Below, in pieces: positions 58,169-64,000 of a DNA stretch of 64,000 bases. Position numbers and translations under genes: made by a program. Numbering within the stretch: position 1 is the stretch's first letter; every line of letters starts with the position of its first letter. Origin of the DNA: Patescibacteria group bacterium (lineage in GTDB: Bacteria > Patescibacteriota > Minisyncoccia > UBA6257 > 02-FULL-45-10c); assembly GCA_018969615.1 (NCBI GenBank), contig JAGWYA010000001.1:54567-118566 (forward strand), in the 5' to 3' direction. The notes under the pieces are model-generated. The model searched no databases, was not told the DNA's origin, and saw only the letters and a list, made by a program, of their open reading frames with translations.

Positions 58169-58972
58169 CTAGAGACGGTGGATCGCGCTCTTGCCGAGAT
58201 GCTTTTCCGCCGCAAGGATGATCTTTTCCATCTGAATGACCGTCTGTACGGGATATTTTCCGACGGCGCTTTCTTCCGACAGCATGACCGCGTCAGAACC
58301 GAGTGAGATCGCATAGGCGACGTCGGTCGCCTCCGCCCGGGTAGGGGAGGGATTATTCACCATGGAAAGCATCATCTGGGTGGCCGTGATCACCGGCTTT
58401 TTTGCCTTCTTCGCCGCGTGAATAATGCTCTTCTCAATAAACGGTATCTCGCCGAGCGGCACTTCGTTCGCCAGGTCGCCCCGGGCGATCATGATCGCAT
58501 CAGCCGCCTTCATGATCTCGGGAAGGCGGTCAACGGCGACCTTGCGCTCGATCTTTGCAATTATCGGCTTCACCGACCCCAATTGGCGCATAATAGAGCG
58601 CAAATGGAGGATATCCGCCGCACTGCCGACATAGGACATCGCGACATATTCAACGTCATGGAACAAACCGAACTCGAGGTCCCGGACGTCCTTTTCCGTA
58701 ATACTCGAATGCACGTATTTCGCCACATGATGGCCGCTCGTTCCTCCTTTTACGCGGGGACCTGAAAGGTCCTGAATGATCGGGATCTTCCGCCGCGCAC
58801 GACGCGCTTCGGTTCTGATCATATGGATAAAGCGTTCATGCTGCTCGTAAGAGCCGTGAGAAAAATTAAGCCGTATGACATCCGCCTGGTGGGCGATCAT
58901 GCGGCGAAGCACCGCCGGCTTGCCGCTGGCGGGTCCGATCGTTGCAACGATCTGTGCGCGGGAGATCTTCAT
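58169..58972 (-). CDS. pyk: Pyruvate kinase, minimal form (barrel only)
   Basis: VATIGPAS, RLNFSHG, IAKIE, ARGDL, ATQMMLSM, PTRAE, DAVMLS. Confidence 0.9.
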   Translation of the reverse strand: MKISRAQIVATIGPASGKPAVLRRMIAHQADVIRLNFSHGSYEQHERFIHMIRTEARRARRKIPIIQDLSGPRVKGGTSGHHVAKYVHSSITEKDVRDLEFGLFHDVEYVAMSYVGSAADILHLRSIMRQLGSVKPIIAKIERKVAVDRLPEIMKAADAIMIARGDLANEVPLGEIPFIEKSIIHAAKKAKKPVITATQMMLSMVNNPSPTRAEATDVAYAISLGSDAVMLSEESAVGKYPVQTVIQMEKIILAAEKHLGKSAIHRL

Positions 58973-60198
58973 GAGGTGATACGCCAGAGGCGGTTATATT
59001 TCGCAAGCCGTTCGCCGCGATTCGGCGCACCGGCCTTGAGCCCGAAAGCTCCGAATGCATAGGCAAGATCGGCGATAAAATCGTCGTTCGTTTCTCCGCT
59101 GCGGTGACTGACCACGCAGGCGATCCGCGCGGCATCCGCCAGCTTCATAACTTCTAACGTCTCGCTTAACGTACCGATCTGGTTCGGTTTAATGATGATC
59201 CCATTGATGCTTCCGTGTTCCAGCGCTTGCTCCAAGCGGCCGGGATTCGTCACGGTCAGGTCATCGCCGATCACTTTGATCCCGCGATGCGCCGCATGCA
59301 GGCGCGCGAATCCTTCAAAATCCTCCTCATCGAACGGATCTTCAATGGAGATCAGGGGATATTTTTTAATCAGCGCTCCGTACAGCTTCAGCAGGTCATT
59401 TTGGGCCATGCGCTTTCCGTCAACGTCATATTTGCCGTTCCGATAGAACGATGAGGCGGCCGAATCGATCGCCAGCATGACCTTGCCCTTCAAATGCAAT
59501 TTTGCGAGGACATTCGTCAGGATCTCCAGCGGTTCAGCGACCTTCCGCGCCTGGATCACGAACCCTCCTTCATCGCCATAGTTAGCCGAAAAAGGGGAGT
59601 AGCGTTTTTTAACCTGCGCCCTCAGCTCAGCGCGAATTTTGTCGGCAACGATCAGGCCTTCTTCGACCGTATCCGTCAGCGAAACGATCATATATTCCTG
59701 AAAGGCGAGATAGCTTGAGGCATGCTTGCCGGCATTGATCACATTCATAAAAAGCCGCGGCGCCTGCGGCTTTGTTTTCAGCATACGGGACAGATAGCCA
59801 TGCATCGACAGGCCTTCCGCTGCAGCGGCGGCCTTTGCGGAGGCGATACTGACCCCCAAAAGCGCATTCGCACCCAAACGGCGCTTATTCGGCGTTCCGT
59901 CGGCGGCACAAAGCAAAGCGTCCAGTTCTTTCTGTTGGCGGACATCCTTTCCCTTCACCTTTCTTGCTAATACCGTCCGAACGCCGGCAACGGCCTTCTT
60001 CACTCCTAAGCCGCGGAAGCGTTTCTGGTCACCGTCGCGTTTTTCCCAAGCCTCATGAATCCCGGTACTTGCCCCCGAAGGGACTGAAAAGGTTCCTGAT
60101 GCGGCATCAGTAGAGACCGTCACTGAAAGGGTAGGGTTTCCCCGGGAATCGAGGATCTCCTCTGCGCTCACGCCGGTAATGCTAAAACGAGACTTCAT
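58969..60198 (-). CDS. eno: Enolase
   Basis: ILDSRGNPT, PSGASTG, GDEGGF, SIEDPF, IKPNQIGT, SHRSGET, RLAKYN. Confidence 0.96.
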   Translation of the reverse strand: MKSRFSITGVSAEEILDSRGNPTLSVTVSTDAASGTFSVPSGASTGIHEAWEKRDGDQKRFRGLGVKKAVAGVRTVLARKVKGKDVRQQKELDALLCAADGTPNKRRLGANALLGVSIASAKAAAAAEGLSMHGYLSRMLKTKPQAPRLFMNVINAGKHASSYLAFQEYMIVSLTDTVEEGLIVADKIRAELRAQVKKRYSPFSANYGDEGGFVIQARKVAEPLEILTNVLAKLHLKGKVMLAIDSAASSFYRNGKYDVDGKRMAQNDLLKLYGALIKKYPLISIEDPFDEEDFEGFARLHAAHRGIKVIGDDLTVTNPGRLEQALEHGSINGIIIKPNQIGTLSETLEVMKLADAARIACVVSHRSGETNDDFIADLAYAFGAFGLKAGAPNRGERLAKYNRLWRITS

Positions 60199-60261
60199 AC
60201 GCTTATAGTATAGCGTATTTTCTCTCTGCTGGCGAAAAATAAAAACAGCCCCGAAGGGCTG

Positions 60262-61239
60262 TTAGAGCGCAATGATGATCTTCTTCCGGTCCATGGAAAG
60301 ACCGAGTGCGATCATGATGCACGCCTGGATCAGAGCGACTACCGGAAGCAGGATAAGCGGAACGGATGATCCGACCGCGCTGGTTGCGAGCTTGTTCAGA
60401 ATGCCCGACACCATATAGAGTACCAGCGCGTTCTTACCCAAGCTGTTCAGCAGCGCGACCGGGCGGACAGCGAAACCTTCTTTCAGTGAGAACAGAAAAA
60501 AGAACGCGAAGCATCCCGCCAAACTGACGAGGATATAGGACGAGCTGACGGAATACTTGCTGACCACCGCAAAATGCAGCGCATCCCAGGCAAGGACCGC
60601 GATCGCCGCAGCCGTTACCAGTACGCGCAGCACGTAGCGTGCCGGCGCGCAGGTTGAGCGCCAATCACAGACCGCCGAAGCGATCAAGACGATCGACATC
60701 CATGAAAGCACCGCGCATGGTCCGCCCATGTCGTAATGAACGCCGAGCGAACTTGCCAGATGCGGGAACCCAAGGATGTTCTGCCACACCACCAGCGATC
60801 CGATCCCGGCCAGGATCCGATAGATCGGCTTCCAGTCCAGCATCGGAAACGCCGCGATACAGCACAAGCCGATCATTTCAAGCGTTCCCCAGTTAAAGAC
60901 CGGATGTCCGGGGCCGGCGATCAGACAATCACCGACGGCGCCGAACGCGATCAGGGTCACGCCGCGGCGGATCGCATGGATCGCAGCAGCCGTACGTCCG
61001 TCCCGCTCCCTGCGCTTCCGCAAAGAGAGGGGATAGGCGAGTCCGACCGCAAAAAGAAACAGCGGGGCGATCAGATCGGCGATATGATAATGGCCTGCCG
61101 GAGCATGGTCGAGCCATCCCGGCGTCAAAGTAAATCCGTAAAATCCGTTGAAAATGATCAAGAGCAGCACGGCAAAACCCCGGAACTCATCCAAGGCGGC
61201 CCAGCGGCTCTGCTTCATCGTCATGGTATCCTCATTCAA
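60262..61239 (-). CDS. Heparan-alpha-glucosaminide N-acetyltransferase-like membrane acyltransferase
   Basis: ALDEFRG, WLDH, ADLIAPLFLFAVG, LGKNAL; promoter TTGACA-17-TACCAT. Confidence 0.78.
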   Translation of the reverse strand: MNEDTMTMKQSRWAALDEFRGFAVLLLIIFNGFYGFTLTPGWLDHAPAGHYHIADLIAPLFLFAVGLAYPLSLRKRRERDGRTAAAIHAIRRGVTLIAFGAVGDCLIAGPGHPVFNWGTLEMIGLCCIAAFPMLDWKPIYRILAGIGSLVVWQNILGFPHLASSLGVHYDMGGPCAVLSWMSIVLIASAVCDWRSTCAPARYVLRVLVTAAAIAVLAWDALHFAVVSKYSVSSSYILVSLAGCFAFFFLFSLKEGFAVRPVALLNSLGKNALVLYMVSGILNKLATSAVGSSVPLILLPVVALIQACIMIALGLSMDRKKIIIAL

Positions 61240-61344
61240 ATTCTAACGAGCTGCTTTTATGGTACGCGCACGGGAACTCCCTGTCAAAGCCGCCGCCGAT
61301 GAGGCATCGCCGGACGGGGAAGGCCGTTCCTTTGTACCTACTAT

Positions 61345-61372
61345 ATGTCGCACAATATACCTTTTGCGACAT
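61345..61372. other. dif-like 11-6-11 palindromic site
   Basis: atgtcgcacaa-tatacc-ttttgcgacat, arms 10/11 complementary. Confidence 0.4.
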
Positions 61373-61420
61373 ATATCAGGTACAAAAAAGGACCTCTTAA
61401 AAGCCCCCTTTAAATACCCC

Positions 61421-61678
61421 TTAATGCATCCGCTGGACAATCTGCTGCAATAACGTCACTAAGAAATTCGCTGAAACGATAAGAATATTAGTGATCGCAA
61501 CCACAAACGCTTTGATACTGATACCATAATGGACGCCGATCCACGCATCGATCCCGATGCCCCAATTCAGCAGATTTTGCAAAAGCTTCACCAGGTCGGC
61601 CCCGTTCTGCGGCATATAGGCCGCCAGGGTCTTTGCAGCCCCATTGAACAGATCGAACAGGTGCAATAACTGGTCCAT
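61421..61678 (-). CDS. Small hydrophobic hypothetical protein
   Basis: TGGTATACT 6 nt before ATG; amphipathic helices. Confidence 0.65.
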   Translation of the reverse strand: MDQLLHLFDLFNGAAKTLAAYMPQNGADLVKLLQNLLNWGIGIDAWIGVHYGISIKAFVVAITNILIVSANFLVTLLQQIVQRMH

Positions 61679-61695
61679 ACGGCCAGTATACCATA

Positions 61696-62658
61696 CTACA
61701 ACACCTTTTTCACGCGTTTATAGGCCTTATAAAACAGGTACTTCAACTGGTGCACTACAACGACCTTACCGGGCGCTAAAACGGCCTCTGTGCCTCCGAA
61801 TGAGCGCTTAAAAGCGGTAACTCCCGGCCACTTAGTATCATCGATACCCCAAAAATCAAAAACTTTAACGCCGCGGCGATGCGCCTCTTCAAAAATAGCC
61901 CAGATCAAAAGATCAGGAGCTCGCAGCTGCTTCTGACCGCCATCGCTTCCGGCATGCAGATAAAAAACCGTTTGCCCCCACCAGACCACTTGAGCCGCGG
62001 CGACCGGAGCCCCTTCATGAAATGCCACAAAGATCTCCGACGGAAGCGCCGCAAGAATATGCGCATAATGCTCGGACTCAAAGATCCCGAAATGCTGGCG
62101 AGAAGCCGTTCTTTTGATCAGACCCGAAAACGCATCAAGAAATTCCTGAGATCTTCCGTGGGTGATCGTAACGCCGTTCTTCAGCGCATAGCCGATGCCC
62201 TGCCGGCGCGTTTTCACCATATCCCTGCGGATATCGTCAAGGTCACGTGAAGTATCAATGTGCAATGTTTTCGGCGGCTGAAGGTTCCATCCCGCCGGAA
62301 GCGATGCGAGGTCAAGTAATTTCAGCGGTTCGATCAAAACGAACATGCTTGCCGGATCGATCGTCCGCGCGAAATCAACAAAACGCCGCTGTCCGGCGCT
62401 ATCGAGCGCGTAACCGCTCTGAAAAACCGGTCCGTGCGGGATATATAAATAGTTCCCGATACGTGTCCGCTGAATGCGGGCTTGGAACGCCGCACGGCGC
62501 TCCCCTCCTTCACTAACCCAGAAACGCCACACCCGGGAGCCTTCGTGCTTTTGCAGATCACCCCATTCCCATGACTGTAAAAAATCTCCGCCGTTCGCGG
62601 CAACGAATGCGTTCCATCCCTCGCGATCCGTATGTTCTTGAGTGAAAATAAGGTTCAT
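61696..62658 (-). CDS. FemABX-family peptidoglycan bridge peptidyltransferase
   Basis: FLQSWEWG, YIPHGP, YLHAGS, FDFWGI, GVTAFKRSFGG. Confidence 0.88.
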   Translation of the reverse strand: MNLIFTQEHTDREGWNAFVAANGGDFLQSWEWGDLQKHEGSRVWRFWVSEGGERRAAFQARIQRTRIGNYLYIPHGPVFQSGYALDSAGQRRFVDFARTIDPASMFVLIEPLKLLDLASLPAGWNLQPPKTLHIDTSRDLDDIRRDMVKTRRQGIGYALKNGVTITHGRSQEFLDAFSGLIKRTASRQHFGIFESEHYAHILAALPSEIFVAFHEGAPVAAAQVVWWGQTVFYLHAGSDGGQKQLRAPDLLIWAIFEEAHRRGVKVFDFWGIDDTKWPGVTAFKRSFGGTEAVLAPGKVVVVHQLKYLFYKAYKRVKKVL

Positions 62659-62697
62659 TCTATACCGAACTCCATGCCGCCGTCCCGGCGAACGCGG

Positions 62698-64000
62698 TTA
62701 TGCAGCCGAAGACGGCCCGTTTAATTTTTCGATCCCTTCGGCGATCCTGCGAAGCGATTCATCCTTCCCGACAATGCCCATGACCTCAAACGGACCCGGC
62801 GAGCGCTCTTGCCCGGTCAAAGCGACCCGAAGCGGCCACAACACCGCGGCGCGGCCCTCATTGTTCGCATACGGCATCAGCATTGCTTCCAAGTTCTCCT
62901 GGGTGAATTCATGCACTAAGACGCCGCGGATGATCTCCTGGCATTTTGAGAGATGGACCGCCGCCGCTTCACGCGTACTTTTCTTTCCGACAAGCAGCGC
63001 GCCGTCATAAGTATGCGGCAAGAAGGAATCGCGCAACGCTTCGTAATCGCTCAATCGCTCCATACGCATCTTTCCGATCTCCAAAAGGCGCACGGTCGTA
63101 GGCGCATCATGAAAAACGACCTTCTCTTCGCCATATAATGCGATCAGCATCGCAAACAGGTCCGCGCCGGTCTTTTCTTTGATGTATTCGGCGTTCAGCC
63201 AGTTCAGCTTTTGCACGTCGAAGACCGCCCCGCCTTTTTGCACCCGGTTGATATCGAACTTCTCAATGATCTCGGCGGCCGGCATCTTCTCCTTGTCATC
63301 AAGCGGATGCCACCCGAGCAGCGCAATGAAGTTCACTAACGCAGCGGGAAGATAGCCCTGCATGCGGTATTCGTTCAGCGAGGTCGCCGCATGGCGCTTG
63401 GACATCTTACTGCGGTCTGTGCCCAGGATCAGCGGCAAATGCGCATAGACCGGCGGCGTAAATCCGAGCGCGCGGGCGATCAGGATCTGCTTCGGCGTGT
63501 TCGCGATATGGTCCTCGCCGCGGATCACATGGCTCATCCGCATCTCATGGTCATCCACGACCACGGCAAAATTATACAGCGGCGTCCGCAAGTTCTTTGC
63601 GATCGCAAGATCCCCGATCAGACCCGTCTCAAACGAGATCGTTCCGCGGATCATATCATCGAACGATATGGTCTCATGCTCAGGGACCCGGAACCGGATC
63701 ACCTGTCCCCTCTCTGCGGGAACGTTCTTATCTCGGCAGGTTCCCGGATAGATCGGCGCCTTTCCTTCCTGCTGCTGCGCCTGCCGGTCCTGATCCAATT
63801 TTTCTTTGGTGCATTCGCAGTAATATGCCAGCCCTTTATCTAACAGCTCGCGGAGAGAACGTTCATAGATATCCAGGCGCTCGCTTTGGCGATACGGCCC
63901 CTCATCCCACTGGAGGCCGAGCCACCGGAGCCCTTCGATGATGTCGTCCTCGAACCGTTTTTCCGATCGCTCAAGGTCGGTATCTTCGATGCGGAAAATA
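62698..64000 (-). CDS. gltX: Glutamate--tRNA ligase, N-terminus outside window
   Basis: RIEDTD, YNFAVVVDD, HVIRGEDH, KMSKR, LRVALTG...SPG. Confidence 0.95.
   Translation of the reverse strand, partial: IFRIEDTDLERSEKRFEDDIIEGLRWLGLQWDEGPYRQSERLDIYERSLRELLDKGLAYYCECTKEKLDQDRQAQQQEGKAPIYPGTCRDKNVPAERGQVIRFRVPEHETISFDDMIRGTISFETGLIGDLAIAKNLRTPLYNFAVVVDDHEMRMSHVIRGEDHIANTPKQILIARALGFTPPVYAHLPLILGTDRSKMSKRHAATSLNEYRMQGYLPAALVNFIALLGWHPLDDKEKMPAAEIIEKFDINRVQKGGAVFDVQKLNWLNAEYIKEKTGADLFAMLIALYGEEKVVFHDAPTTVRLLEIGKMRMERLSDYEALRDSFLPHTYDGALLVGKKSTREAAAVHLSKCQEIIRGVLVHEFTQENLEAMLMPYANNEGRAAVLWPLRVALTGQERSPGPFEVMGIVGKDESLRRIAEGIEKLNGPSSAA

Noticed and set aside
1-64000. CRISPR array, prophage, transposase, alternative genetic code
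   Set aside because: No regularly spaced repeats or hallmark genes seen; conserved genes end at TGA and lack internal TGA, so code 11

Overview
Gene-dense bacterial chromosome segment that reads like a reduced-genome Patescibacteria (CPR, Parcubacteria-type) organism. This taxonomy is inferred from gene content and shortened proteins; TGA acts as a stop, so code 11. The backbone is housekeeping: typA, dnaX, scpA/scpB, mraY, pgk, obg, a Gre factor, def/fmt, tgt/queA, pyk/eno, partial gltX, RNase P RNA, tRNA-Gln(CTG), a CsoR-CopA copper cluster and envelope enzymes. Many backbone genes appear leaderless, with a -10 box 6-9 nt before ATG and no SD. Four accessory patches (about 14.9-16.3, 24.2-28.4, 30.3-33.4 and 35.6-39.1 kb) hold small orphan genes, each typically with its own -35/-10 promoter, strong SD and terminator. 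The most notable unexplained signals are: (1) a roughly 570-nt, densely base-paired, promoter- and terminator-bounded non-coding element at 26080-26655, a candidate new large ncRNA; (2) a tRNA-Gln-anchored series of modules separated by exact and degenerate copies of the tRNA 3' end, with no integrase nearby; (3) two more promoter-hairpin-terminator sRNA candidates; (4) a gene cassette flanked by duplicated terminators; (5) a dif-like 11-6-11 palindrome. No CRISPR array, rRNA, transposase or integrase was seen. All product calls come from motif recognition by eye; no searches were run.
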